Assembly: GCA_902766925.1 (NCBI GenBank)
Contig: CACXFL010000017.1
Span: forward strand, 1 to 61,249
Length of the DNA: 61,249 nt
Source of the DNA: an uncultured bacterium
Lineage (GTDB): Bacteria > Bdellovibrionota_B > Oligoflexia > Oligoflexales > CACXFL01
Direction: 5' to 3'
In this document: positions 37,104-47,372 of the stretch, in pieces
Position numbering within the stretch: the stretch's first letter is position 1
How the letters are laid out: each line of letters starts with the position of its first letter
Notes under the pieces: generated by a model
Database searches by the model: none
The model's input: only the letters and a program-made list of their open reading frames with translations
Told to the model about the DNA's origin: nothing
Translations under genes and position numbers: made by a program

Positions 37104-38525
37104 ATGTCAGCTTGGAGGGTAAATCATCGTTTATATCTTAGAGTACTTGGTATTTTTTTTGTTCTCTCCTTGATGTATTTAAGTTTGAGGTCTTATCCAG
37201 TATCTGCTTTAGAGTGTGAATCTATTTTTGAAACACTTCAAATTAAACCTGAATTTTTAAAACCAGATGTTGATAAAGTTGAAGAACAAATGTCTAGAAG
37301 TAAGCAGAGTTTTTTGGATTCTTTGATAGATGTTAGATATCATGCTAAGGATACAGGAATTGAAGTTGATGGGAAGAAATTATTACTGGCTGATTTTGTA
37401 GTTGTATCAAAAATTGAAGGACAGGATTTCTTAGATCAACATAGAGATGATAAATATAGTTTTGTAGTAAATCTATCTTCTCTTCTTTTAGATAGACCAA
37501 AATCTTTTTTTACTATGGCTGATAGTATAGTTATGTCAAAAACTCTGCCAGAAGCTGTACTGAATTCTTTGCAACTCATACTTATGTGTAAGGAATCAGA
37601 TCTGGTAAAAGGTATAGGGGTAGAGTACTATGCTTTAATGAAAAAACTTTTCTATCTTACTCAGAATTCATCTAAGTTTCAAAAAACGAATATTATAAAA
37701 GAAACTTTGTTTGAATATAAAAAAGATTTTGTTGATGGATATGTAGAAAGTGTAAAACGATATATAAGAGTTACTAGTAAACAGATACTAGATCTTTTAA
37801 AATTTGAACCAAGAGCTTTAAACATTATAGATTTAAAACTAGCATATATCTCAACTCTATCTAGAGTAACCGGAGTATATATACCCTTAATGTCAGATTA
37901 TTATTCCTCAGCATCAGATGTGGAACAAAATTTTTCAGAAACTAATCAAAATAAAGATTATGTACAGATAATGTCTTATATAGTAGATTTTTATACAAAG
38001 ACTAAAAGTGATTATTATAAGATGAAACTTTTTCATCCTGATGAAAAAATTAATGGATTTATTCAAGAAAGTATAGGAATGTATGCTAAAGCTAGTATGC
38101 AATTTTATTCCGATCCTGATTTATATATAGGTAGTATACAACAACAAAAGATTAAATATGTTGTTTTAAGTCCTTTTGAATCTTTTCTCCCAGCTAATTT
38201 AGAGTTGTATTTTGCAAGAAAAATTATTGATATTAAAGCGTTGGATTATAGTGGGGTCTTTATATATCTTCTGCAACAAAAGAAAAAAACATTGTTTGGA
38301 AATACAAGTCAAGATAACTCGGATAGAGTAAGTACCGGAGGGTATGTATTTAAAATAGGATCATCAACAGATAGTAGTAATTTTGCATTACTTGAAGGAA
38401 TAGATATACTGTATCCAGCTTTTACTACTTATAGTCAATATGCTCAAGATAGTGATAGTTTCATCAAAGAGTTTAGAAGATTTATGAAACTTCTTTACGA
38501 TAATAGAAGTTTAAAAGTTATCTAA
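37104..38525 (+). CDS. Hypothetical secreted/membrane-anchored protein
   Basis: N-terminal hydrophobic segment. No recognised domain. 473-codon ORF in a stop-rich genome. Confidence 0.55.
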   Translation: MSAWRVNHRLYLRVLGIFFVLSLMYLSLRSYPVSALECESIFETLQIKPEFLKPDVDKVEEQMSRSKQSFLDSLIDVRYHAKDTGIEVDGKKLLLADFVVVSKIEGQDFLDQHRDDKYSFVVNLSSLLLDRPKSFFTMADSIVMSKTLPEAVLNSLQLILMCKESDLVKGIGVEYYALMKKLFYLTQNSSKFQKTNIIKETLFEYKKDFVDGYVESVKRYIRVTSKQILDLLKFEPRALNIIDLKLAYISTLSRVTGVYIPLMSDYYSSASDVEQNFSETNQNKDYVQIMSYIVDFYTKTKSDYYKMKLFHPDEKINGFIQESIGMYAKASMQFYSDPDLYIGSIQQQKIKYVVLSPFESFLPANLELYFARKIIDIKALDYSGVFIYLLQQKKKTLFGNTSQDNSDRVSTGGYVFKIGSSTDSSNFALLEGIDILYPAFTTYSQYAQDSDSFIKEFRRFMKLLYDNRSLKVI

Positions 38526-39154
38526 AGATCTACATCATGTACTAAAACAAGTTCAGGTTTAGTATCTATTAAAAACTCAAATAAAGATCTTTTAGAAGAT
38601 ACATTAGGAAGTTTTTGATTAAAATAATTTCTATCAGTTACACCAACTATCTTAGCATCTGTAGATAAAACTAGTTTAGCTTCGTCTAGATTAGCTATAA
38701 GAACTATAGCTTCAGTTTTATATTCTCTTGCTATCTCTATATAATATTGAAGTCTAGCTATATCTAGACTGTTAGCATATAGATAGAAAGAATCAAATCC
38801 ACAATTAAAAAGAGAAACTATCTTATCTTCATTATCTATTAGATCTTTTTTTATAAGAGTTGAGGTAGAGTTTAGACTTTTAAAGGTTGTTATAAAATCT
38901 GATTCTTCCTCAATGTTGTTTTGTTGTATAGATGGGTTAGCCTGATATAAGGATATAACTTTTTTATCTGTTTTCTTGTATAGATAAGGGATAGAAATTA
39001 TAGGAACAGGTTCTTGAAGAAGTTTAAAATAGAGATTAAATAATAAAGAATAAATATCTAAAGAAGAAGGAGTGGTAGAACCAGTAGTAATAGTAGAAAG
39101 GCTTTCTACCCTAGATTGTTCTAGTTCTTTCTCAAATGACAAATTATTTTTCAT
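38522..39154 (-). CDS. Hypothetical protein with a weak IGPS (TrpC)-like C-terminal motif
   Basis: EAIVLIANLDEAKLVLSTDAKIVGVTDRN loosely resembles LVEVH..EL..AL..GA.IIGINNRDL. Its stop codon overlaps the stop of the convergent gene. Confidence 0.4.
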   Translation of the reverse strand: MKNNLSFEKELEQSRVESLSTITTGSTTPSSLDIYSLLFNLYFKLLQEPVPIISIPYLYKKTDKKVISLYQANPSIQQNNIEEESDFITTFKSLNSTSTLIKKDLIDNEDKIVSLFNCGFDSFYLYANSLDIARLQYYIEIAREYKTEAIVLIANLDEAKLVLSTDAKIVGVTDRNYFNQKLPNVSSKRSLFEFLIDTKPELVLVHDVDL

Positions 39155-39286
39155 CGTGTTTCCCTTTAAGAGTACTAGGTTTATATATATTTTTTATAAA
39201 AATACCAACAAAGAGTGTCTAAAGTTTTTACGCCTTGTTCCGAATGAGAGTGTAAAGATATTAAACAAGGTTAAAGGTATAAAATT

Positions 39287-40270
39287 ATGAAACACATCTT
39301 AATTAAAATTTCTTTAGTAAGTATATTACAATTTTTTGTGAATGTTAATCTGTTTGCAGGTGGGCTTATTCCTGTAGAGGGAGTATCTCCTGTAAAAAAT
39401 GTGGTTGTAGTGGATCAAAATGGACAAATTAGTCAGGATTTGAGTGAAGATAAAACTAAATCTTTGACACAAACTCAAATTGATACTGATGTTGGTAAAC
39501 AAACTGAAATGAAAGAAACTTCACAGAAAATAAAAGTAGAAGAAAAGGATAATATTAAATTAGCTGATAATAAAGAAGTAAACCTAGGAGTAACAGAAGA
39601 GGAAAAAGAAGAAGTAATGAAGATTAGTTATTATCTTGATAGAGATCAAGATAATAAACTAGTAGTTCTTCCTCGAGGAAGTAAACAGGGGATACGAGAT
39701 CAGGTAATACTCAGAAGTTATAGGGTTATAAGAGGGGTTCATATACCTACAGGAACCTTGAAAGTAGTAAGAGTGTATCCTAGTTACAGTGTAGCAAGAG
39801 TGATAGAAGAAGGTTTAAGTGATGAAGGACTTGTTGGGAGATTCACTTCTGTTATGGCTGGAGATGAAGTAAGAGAATATGCTGGAACTATATATAGGAA
39901 AGAACAAATAGTAGAAAATATAGAACTAAGATATAAGGATATTTTTGAAGAATGGGATAGGGATTCTTTAATTTTGAACCTGTCTAGTTTAGGTAAAAGA
40001 CTTATTAAAAAGAAAGTTGAAGAACTGTTGGATAAAGGAGTTAATAAGATAATGATAGAATCTTATTCTGGAAATGTGGGTAGTTATTCTTCTAATCAGG
40101 TAGAATCAGAACAGAGAGGAAATATTGTAAAATACTTCATAGACCAAGAGTTTGAACTAGATCCAAGTAGAGTAGTAGTGGTTGGATTTGGAAAGAGTGA
40201 ACCTAAAGTAGAAGGAAATAGTAGAGAATCTCAGGAAACTAATAGAAGAGTTGTAATAAAAGCTATGTAG
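39287..40270 (+). CDS. Secreted protein with an OmpA-like C-terminal domain
   Basis: Signal peptide. C-terminal VVVVGFGKSEPKVEGNSRESQETNRRVVIK. Confidence 0.6.
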   Translation: MKHILIKISLVSILQFFVNVNLFAGGLIPVEGVSPVKNVVVVDQNGQISQDLSEDKTKSLTQTQIDTDVGKQTEMKETSQKIKVEEKDNIKLADNKEVNLGVTEEEKEEVMKISYYLDRDQDNKLVVLPRGSKQGIRDQVILRSYRVIRGVHIPTGTLKVVRVYPSYSVARVIEEGLSDEGLVGRFTSVMAGDEVREYAGTIYRKEQIVENIELRYKDIFEEWDRDSLILNLSSLGKRLIKKKVEELLDKGVNKIMIESYSGNVGSYSSNQVESEQRGNIVKYFIDQEFELDPSRVVVVGFGKSEPKVEGNSRESQETNRRVVIKAM

Positions 40271-40306
40271 AAGAAGAAAATTAAGATAATAAAAGATAGA
40301 GTGAAT

Positions 40307-40348
40307 TTAAGGGGGAAGCTAAATTTTTATGGTTAGCTTCCCCCTTAA
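40307..40348 (+). terminator. Hairpin terminator after the OmpA-like gene
   Basis: ttaagggggaagcta...tagcttcccccttaa, 15-bp stem. Confidence 0.55.
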
Positions 40349-40496
40349 ATATTAAAAATTGATAAAAATATCTTTGAGTTTCATGAAAAATTTTATATCA
40401 TATCTATATTACAATCCTGCGGGGAGTGGGAAAGTAGAGAAAGCTTTTTGGTTGTTTTACTTCGAGCTTTAATAGATTTGATAGGGAGATTTTAAG

Positions 40497-41000
40497 ATGT
40501 TATTAAAAGTTAAGAGTGTACTATTAAGTTTAGCTGTTGTTAGTTTTATTTTCGCAGGCTGTAATTCTTCTGATGAAAAGAAATCAGATGAAGAGCTTAC
40601 TCCATCTGAAGGATTGACAGATGTAGGTAGTGCAGATTCATTAGGATCATTAACAGGTGATTCAGCTACATCTGGTGATGTTGTTTATTTTGGTTATGAT
40701 GAATATACCTTGGATTCTGCTGCAAGAGCTGCAGTTCAAGCAGTAGCTGAAAAATTAAAATCAGGAGAAGCAAAAGCAGTTGTAGTTGAAGGTCATTGTG
40801 ATGAAAGAGGATCTATTGAATATAACCTAGCTCTTGGTAATAGAAGAGCTGAAGCTGTTAAAGCAGCTCTAGTTTCTTTAGGAGTTGATAAAGCTAGTGT
40901 TTCTACTATCTCTTATGGTAAAGAAAGACCTGCAGTAGATGGTTCTAACGAAGAAGCTTGGGCAAAAAATAGAAGAGCTGAATTTGTTATCAGTAACTGA
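40497..41000 (+). CDS. pal: Peptidoglycan-associated lipoprotein
   Basis: Lipobox FAGC|NS. VYFGYDEYTL...EGHCDERGSIEYNLALGNRRA...NRRAEFV. Confidence 0.92.
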   Translation: MLLKVKSVLLSLAVVSFIFAGCNSSDEKKSDEELTPSEGLTDVGSADSLGSLTGDSATSGDVVYFGYDEYTLDSAARAAVQAVAEKLKSGEAKAVVVEGHCDERGSIEYNLALGNRRAEAVKAALVSLGVDKASVSTISYGKERPAVDGSNEEAWAKNRRAEFVISN

Positions 41001-41028
41001 TTTCCTAAATAATTTATATTGATTATGG

Positions 41029-41068
41029 ATTTCCTCTGAACTTTACAAGTTCAGAGGAAATTTTTTTG
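41029..41068 (+). terminator. Rho-independent terminator of pal
   Basis: tttcctctgaac...gttcagaggaaa followed by T7. Confidence 0.85.
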
Positions 41069-41422
41069 TTTGGTTTGGGTCTAGATTTTTGATTGAGTTT
41101 TTAACTTTCGAAAGGAGTTAAATAGTTTATATTAAAAATTAAGCAGAATAAGATAATTGAATTTTAGTTGATGTTAGTTGATGACTGGGAGAAGATAGGG
41201 CTGATATTAATTTAAGCAGGGAAAGATAAGGTTGTAGAGTGGATACTTGGGATAAAAAACAGGGATCTTATTGCTAAGAAACAAAAAAAAGGATATCTTT
41301 TTAAAGATAGTTGTACGTTATGAGTCAAGCAGAAATTAGATAAATCATATCTATATCTTAAGATAAATAACATCGTGTTATTATTGTTTATATTTTATTA
41401 AATAGTTAGTTGGAGCATTGTA

Positions 41423-42988
41423 GTGAATATTGTTGTTATTGTACTGTCTGTTCTTGTTGGAATTTTGATCTCTTTTGTTCTTGGGGTGATGTTACATAAA
41501 AAACAAATATCTAAGATATTTGATGAAGCACAAGAAGAATCAAGGAAGTTGAGAGAAGAAGCAAGAAAAGAAGCAGATGCTTTAAAAAGAGATGCTATAA
41601 GAGATTCTAAAGAAGAGGTTCGAAAGAAGAGAGCTAATTTTGAAAAAGAAATTAAGGATAGAAAGATTGAGATTCAAAAATTAGAGAACAAGATCAAACA
41701 GAAAGAACAAAATCTTGAAAAGAAATATTCTCTGATGGAAGCCAAAGAAGCTATGCTTGATAAACAACAGGTACAGCTTCAAGAAGATGATGCTAGGTAT
41801 AAAAGACTTATCGGAGAATGTGAAAAGACTCTAGAACAAAGTAGAAGAACGCTTCAAAATATTGCGGGGCTTTCTGCTGAAGAAGCTAAACGAGAACTTA
41901 TAAAAAGTTTAGAGGATGAAGCAAAGAAAGAAGCTGCTACTAGAATTCAAGAGATAGAAGAACAAACCAAACAGGAAATAGAAGCTAGGGCTAAATCTGC
42001 TATAAGTCTAGCGGTTCAAAGAATTGCTGGAGAGTATATAAGTGAGTCTAGTGTATCTGTAGTATCTTTGCCTAATGATGATATGAAGGGAAGAATTATA
42101 GGTAGGGAAGGAAGAAATATCCGAGCTATTGAACAAGCTACAGGGGTTGATCTAATAATAGATGATACTCCAGAAGCTGTGATTGTATCCTGTTTTAATC
42201 CGGTAAGACGTCAGATAGCTAAGATTACCTTAGAAAGACTTATTGCTGATGGAAGAATTCATCCAGCTAGAATTGAAGAAACTGCCAGTAGAGTTAAAAA
42301 AGAATTTGATGGAATTATTGAAGAACAGGGAGAAAGAGCTGCTTTTGAAACTGGTATCACTGATTTACATCCAGAACTAATAAAGAGATTAGGTCAACTT
42401 CAATATAGAACTGTAGGAACTCAGACTGTACTGCAACATTCTATTGAAGTAGCAAATATGTGTGGAATACTTGCTGCTGAAATGAAACTAAATCCTAGAA
42501 TAGCTAGAAGATGTGGACTACTTCATGATATAGGACAGGTTGCTGTTGAAGGAATGGAAGGATCTCATGCTAGTATTGGAGCGGAAATTTGTTCTCGTTA
42601 TGATGAAGCTAGTGAAGTAACTCAAGCAATAAGAGAACATCATGCTGAAGATATCTCAACTCTTAGTCCTTATGGGTTGATACTTCATACTACAAATATG
42701 ATTTCAAGAACACGTCCTGGAGTAAGAAAGGATGTACTTGAATCTTATCTTAGAAGGCTTAACGATATGGAAAATATCGTAAGAAGTTTTTCAGGAATAA
42801 CTGAAGCTTATGTATTCCAAGCTGGTAGAGAGATTAGAGCTATGGTATCTCCTACTGGTGTAAGCGATGAAGAGATTGTAACATTATCTCGTGATATTGT
42901 AGCACGTATTAAAAGAGAGTTATCTTTCCCAGGACAGATCAAGGTGACTGTAGTTAGAGAAAGTAAATTCTCAGATTTTGCAAAATAG
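41423..42988 (+). CDS. rny: Ribonuclease Y
   Basis: N-terminal TM helix, coiled coil, KH domain (GRIIGREGRNIRAIE), HD domain (LLHDIG). GTG start. Confidence 0.95.
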   Translation: MNIVVIVLSVLVGILISFVLGVMLHKKQISKIFDEAQEESRKLREEARKEADALKRDAIRDSKEEVRKKRANFEKEIKDRKIEIQKLENKIKQKEQNLEKKYSLMEAKEAMLDKQQVQLQEDDARYKRLIGECEKTLEQSRRTLQNIAGLSAEEAKRELIKSLEDEAKKEAATRIQEIEEQTKQEIEARAKSAISLAVQRIAGEYISESSVSVVSLPNDDMKGRIIGREGRNIRAIEQATGVDLIIDDTPEAVIVSCFNPVRRQIAKITLERLIADGRIHPARIEETASRVKKEFDGIIEEQGERAAFETGITDLHPELIKRLGQLQYRTVGTQTVLQHSIEVANMCGILAAEMKLNPRIARRCGLLHDIGQVAVEGMEGSHASIGAEICSRYDEASEVTQAIREHHAEDISTLSPYGLILHTTNMISRTRPGVRKDVLESYLRRLNDMENIVRSFSGITEAYVFQAGREIRAMVSPTGVSDEEIVTLSRDIVARIKRELSFPGQIKVTVVRESKFSDFAK

Positions 42989-42991
42989 TAA

Positions 42992-43807
42992 ATGATAAAC
43001 TTTTTAGTTATAGGTGATGTTATAGGAAGGCCTGGAAGGAATATTCTGACTGAAGGACTTTCTATATTAAGATCTCAAAAAAAGATAGATATCCTGCTCG
43101 TTAATGGAGAAAACGTTGCTGGAGGGTTTGGTATAACCCGAAAGACATATTCTTATCTTGTAGATAAATTAGGAGTAGATGTTATTACTTTAGGAAACCA
43201 TTGGCATGATAAACCAGAGGTTGATGAACTTACTAGTCTTGAGGATTCAAGGTTGGTTGTTCCGTATAATGCTAAGGGGATAAAAGAAGGAGTAAGTGCG
43301 GGAGTAGGTTATAGGATTTTTACTACAAGACAAGGACTGCAGTATGTAGTGATGAATGTTTTAGGAAAGGTTTTTATGAACCCTGAAACTAGATCTCCTT
43401 TCGAATCGGTAGAACTGATGTTACAGGATCCTGTGGTACAAAAGGTAGCTATAAAATTATTGGATGTACATGCTGAAGCCACCAGTGAGAAACAAGGGAT
43501 GGGATTTTATTTTGCTTCCAGATGTTCTATCATTTATGGAACTCACTCTCATGTTCCTACCTCGGATGAAAGAATTTTGGAAGATCATGCCGGATTTATT
43601 ACAGATATAGGAATGACTGGAGGATATGATTCTGTTATTGGAATGAAAAAATCTAGAGCAATAGAAAGAATGCTATCTGGTACTCATAATAAACTTGAAC
43701 CATCTAAAAAAGATGGATGGTTGTGTGCACTGTATTGTTCTGTAGAAGAAGATGGAAGATGTTCTAAGATAGAAAGAATTCAGATGAGATTGTCTAACTT
43801 GCAGTAA
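42992..43807 (+). CDS. ymdB: YmdB-family metallophosphoesterase (2',3'-cyclic-nucleotide phosphodiesterase)
   Basis: VIGDVIGRPGR, NGENVAGGFGIT and LGNHWHDK motifs. Immediately downstream of rny. Confidence 0.9.
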   Translation: MINFLVIGDVIGRPGRNILTEGLSILRSQKKIDILLVNGENVAGGFGITRKTYSYLVDKLGVDVITLGNHWHDKPEVDELTSLEDSRLVVPYNAKGIKEGVSAGVGYRIFTTRQGLQYVVMNVLGKVFMNPETRSPFESVELMLQDPVVQKVAIKLLDVHAEATSEKQGMGFYFASRCSIIYGTHSHVPTSDERILEDHAGFITDIGMTGGYDSVIGMKKSRAIERMLSGTHNKLEPSKKDGWLCALYCSVEEDGRCSKIERIQMRLSNLQ

Positions 43808-43831
43808 GAAGAATTATCTTTAGTTATTAGA

Positions 43832-44317
43832 ATGAGTATACGTCAGGCAAAAATAGAGGATTTTGATAGAATTGAAGATATTTTTCAGGATGCGATCAGG
43901 TTTATGCGAAAAAATGGAAATCTGGTTCAATGGAAAGATTCAGAAAAGTTATTTTTTGATATCAAAAATGATATCAGTAATGGAAACTTTTATGTGTATG
44001 AAGATCTAGGTGAAATTAAAGCTGGATTTTGTTTTTCTATCGGAGAGGATCCTACTTATGTTCGGATATATGATGGATCGTGGCTCAATGATAAACCGTA
44101 CGGGGTTATCCATAGAATTGCAGTAGCTACTTTTCGTAAAGGAATAGCCTCAGAATGTATAAGGTGGTGTTTTGATCGTTTCCCTAATATAAAAATAGAT
44201 ACCCATTCAGATAATATCTTTATGCAAAAGTTAATTGATAAATGTGGTTTTAGCTATTGTGGACTTATAAAAAAAGAAGATGGATCTGATAGATTGGCAT
44301 ATCAAAAAACTAAATAG
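43832..44317 (+). CDS. GNAT-family N-acetyltransferase
   Basis: 161 aa. IHRIAVATFRKGIAS acetyl-CoA-binding-like segment. Confidence 0.7.
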   Translation: MSIRQAKIEDFDRIEDIFQDAIRFMRKNGNLVQWKDSEKLFFDIKNDISNGNFYVYEDLGEIKAGFCFSIGEDPTYVRIYDGSWLNDKPYGVIHRIAVATFRKGIASECIRWCFDRFPNIKIDTHSDNIFMQKLIDKCGFSYCGLIKKEDGSDRLAYQKTK

Positions 44318-44552
44318 AAGTATGTGGGGTAGAGTCTTTAATTTGAAGGTTATAGTTTTAAAAGACAAGATATTTTATATTCTTAGATGAGTAAATATAG
44401 ATCATAAATATTATCAGAAATAATGATTATATACAGGGGTTTGGGACAATAATTTATGTAGAAATCTTTTACTAATCGTAATAAGATTTGTTTTATTTAT
44501 TAGTATTTTTATGAAAGTTTTATACTTTTTAATATAAATGGAGACGGTGTCT

Positions 44553-46136
44553 ATGAGTAAGAGGATGGTAAAAATATGTGGTCTAGTTTTAGTGGTTGCT
44601 GGATGTATGTGGGGATGGTCAAAGGAAGCTTACTCTTTGTTTATAGATGGACAAGGTTATTATGCTGCTAAGGGACAGATGATTTATAAACCGGGGTTTG
44701 ATGGACATAGTTTTAAAGGAATGGCTCATAGTGTCTCTTTACTTGGAAAGGTAACTGCAAGTGATAAGTTATCATTGAATGTAAGATTTTCTTTATTTAA
44801 AAACCCAACTGAAGGATATTTTGGAAATGAGGTTTCTCCTCAAAGATGTTCTAAAAAAACACAGACAGGAGACCTTGAATCTACTGGAGAAGTAAGTGAA
44901 GAAGAATGCAGTGGAAGACATCAAGATAGTTTAGCTCCTGGATATAAAAATTATGTACCTTTGATATCAGAAGCATATGTTGAATATGCTTCTGATTATT
45001 GTATCCTGCAAATTGGTAGAAGATCACGTCATTGGGGAATGGGAGCAGTAATTAACGATGGAAAAACTCCATTCTCTTATAGAGGATCTATTTACGATGG
45101 AATAAGTTGTGAAATTAATCCATCAAAGTTTCAAAACTTTGGATTTAGTTTCGGTTATGATGTACTTGCAGATAGGGGTACGTCTTATATGGTTGGTGTT
45201 GGGGAAGATGAAGTTGGAGAATTTAATAGTGGAGCTGATAATCTAAGACAGTTTTTTGTTAGTGTGGAATCTGGAAATAGAGTATCAGAACCTGAGGCTG
45301 ATTTTATTCATGATATAGGTCTATATTTTTCTTGGATATCTGGATCTGCAGATACTAGTATTAAGTTAGCAGATCTATATACTATGCTTAAGTATAAGAA
45401 GTTATCTTTTGAAAATGAACTTATTTTTAGACTGGGATCTTCTAAGGATCCATCGCTAGCAAGGGTAGGAGGAATATATTCTACTGAAACTAACGATGAA
45501 TCAAATAAAGTAACTGCTATTGGATTTGTAGGAGGATTGAGCTTTACTTTGTATGAAACAGGATCTTTGCTGGCTCCTGAAGAGTTTAAAAAATCTGATT
45601 ACACAGCTCATCTTCTTGCTTTGAATTATATTTATGTACCAGGAGATTCAGATGGGGCTAAACCTTCTTATAAAGATGGAGAACCAAAAAGAGATACTAA
45701 AGCTGAAGCTATAAGTCTTAACCCTAATTATAAACCAGCGTTAATTTTATTTAACTCACCATTTTTATCAGATACGAGAGTAGATGGAATATATGATCCT
45801 AACGCTGTTATGAACACAAAACTTATCTCTCTAGGATATAAGTATACCGATAAATCTTTGATGGATATAGGAGTTAAATTTATTGGAGCTTGGTTAAATA
45901 AAACAGCTGATTCTAGTGCTGAAACTTATTACACAGAAGAGAATCGTCCTGTGGTTGGAATGAAATCATCAAAGAGTTTGGGTTATGAACTGGATCTGTC
46001 TTTCTTTAGAAATGAAAACAAATATCTATCTTATGGAGCTGATCTAGGAATCTGTATTCCTGGATCTACTTTCAAACTGGATGGTGGAAAGAAAGCAACC
46101 GTGATGTTACAACTTAGTACTATATTTAGCATCTAA
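44553..46136 (+). CDS. Hypothetical outer-membrane beta-barrel protein
   Basis: Signal peptide. ATG 44553 after GGAGA is preferred over 44538. Alternating beta-strand-like pattern. Confidence 0.5.
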   Translation: MSKRMVKICGLVLVVAGCMWGWSKEAYSLFIDGQGYYAAKGQMIYKPGFDGHSFKGMAHSVSLLGKVTASDKLSLNVRFSLFKNPTEGYFGNEVSPQRCSKKTQTGDLESTGEVSEEECSGRHQDSLAPGYKNYVPLISEAYVEYASDYCILQIGRRSRHWGMGAVINDGKTPFSYRGSIYDGISCEINPSKFQNFGFSFGYDVLADRGTSYMVGVGEDEVGEFNSGADNLRQFFVSVESGNRVSEPEADFIHDIGLYFSWISGSADTSIKLADLYTMLKYKKLSFENELIFRLGSSKDPSLARVGGIYSTETNDESNKVTAIGFVGGLSFTLYETGSLLAPEEFKKSDYTAHLLALNYIYVPGDSDGAKPSYKDGEPKRDTKAEAISLNPNYKPALILFNSPFLSDTRVDGIYDPNAVMNTKLISLGYKYTDKSLMDIGVKFIGAWLNKTADSSAETYYTEENRPVVGMKSSKSLGYELDLSFFRNENKYLSYGADLGICIPGSTFKLDGGKKATVMLQLSTIFSI

Positions 46137-46164
46137 GATGATTTAATGTTTGTGGTGGTGATCG

Positions 46165-47340
46165 GTGGATAAAAAAATAGTTCAACTTGAATCAAATTTT
46201 TTGTATCACCACGCTTTGTGGTTGAAGGAACAAGACTCTTTATTTGATTTTGCTACTTTTACTAAGACACTTAAAAAAGCTGAGAGTGAACCTAGTTTTT
46301 GGGATTATGTATCAGAGTATAGTGGTAAAGAACTTGAATATATTCTTACTTATTATGGTAGAAGAAATTTTTATCTAAATTTGTCTAAATTTTTAATAAA
46401 AAGTATTTGTGATAATTTTATCCCAACTTTGAAAGAAGCTCTTTTGGGGATAGTATCAGAAGAAGAGGATAGATTATATTCCTATTCATATAGGTATTAT
46501 TGTCAAGAAGATCAGTCTTCATCTTTGGTTTTAGATTGGGTGTTGACATATGAATCTATCTTTTCTTTTTTCTTTTCTATGGAAAAAGATAGAATTTATA
46601 TTCAAAGAAAAAATTGTAAGGATTTATACAAGATTCTATCTTTTTCTAAGAAAGAGAGTTTTAGTGTTTATAGAGAAGAAAAATATAAGGAAAATATTGA
46701 TGTAGTAGTATTTATGTTAATACTAAAGATAAATACCATCTGCGATCTTTTAGGAATAAAAGATGAAGTATTAGTAGAAGTAGAAGCTTCTGGAATAAAG
46801 GTTCAAAAACTGGGGTTAAAAAATCAGGATAGCTATATGGGGTATGTTGAAAGTATAGTTAGGTTTTTAACTGAGTTTTTTTCAAATTATAATCAAGCAC
46901 TTTTATCTATTAAAAATAAGTTATCTAGTGAATGTAAGCTAAGAGAACCTACTAAAGATAATATGTTGGATCAAGATGGAATAGATGAGTTGAGTCTTTC
47001 TATAGGTACTAAAGATTTAGATTCTTCTAAGAAAGCAAGTTGTGATCTAGGGACATATATGAAAGAACATGGAATCTTACCAGACGAGATGATTACAGCA
47101 GAACTTACAGGGATTAATCCCTTACTGACTCAGGATTCATTAAATATAGTTAAAAGCCAACTTAAGATGAAGAAAATGACAAAACTAAATTATTTTTTAA
47201 ATTCAGTAAAAAAAGCAAAAAAATTTTTACTCTCAGGTCTTGTGTTAGCATTTATTCTTATAGGTTGTGGAGTTAAAACAGCACCCAGGAGTGATATTAT
47301 AGAATCTAGACCTAATATAGAGTTTCATGAACATAAGTAA
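46165..47340 (+). CDS. Hypothetical protein ending in a lipoprotein-signal-like / tail-anchor segment
   Basis: GTG start. 391 codons. The last 57 codons read MKKMTKLNYFLNSVKKAKKFLLSGLVLAFILIGC|GVKTAP... Confidence 0.5.
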   Translation: MDKKIVQLESNFLYHHALWLKEQDSLFDFATFTKTLKKAESEPSFWDYVSEYSGKELEYILTYYGRRNFYLNLSKFLIKSICDNFIPTLKEALLGIVSEEEDRLYSYSYRYYCQEDQSSSLVLDWVLTYESIFSFFFSMEKDRIYIQRKNCKDLYKILSFSKKESFSVYREEKYKENIDVVVFMLILKINTICDLLGIKDEVLVEVEASGIKVQKLGLKNQDSYMGYVESIVRFLTEFFSNYNQALLSIKNKLSSECKLREPTKDNMLDQDGIDELSLSIGTKDLDSSKKASCDLGTYMKEHGILPDEMITAELTGINPLLTQDSLNIVKSQLKMKKMTKLNYFLNSVKKAKKFLLSGLVLAFILIGCGVKTAPRSDIIESRPNIEFHEHK

Positions 47341-47372
47341 AAATTAAATAATAGAATAAGGTGGGAGGAAGT

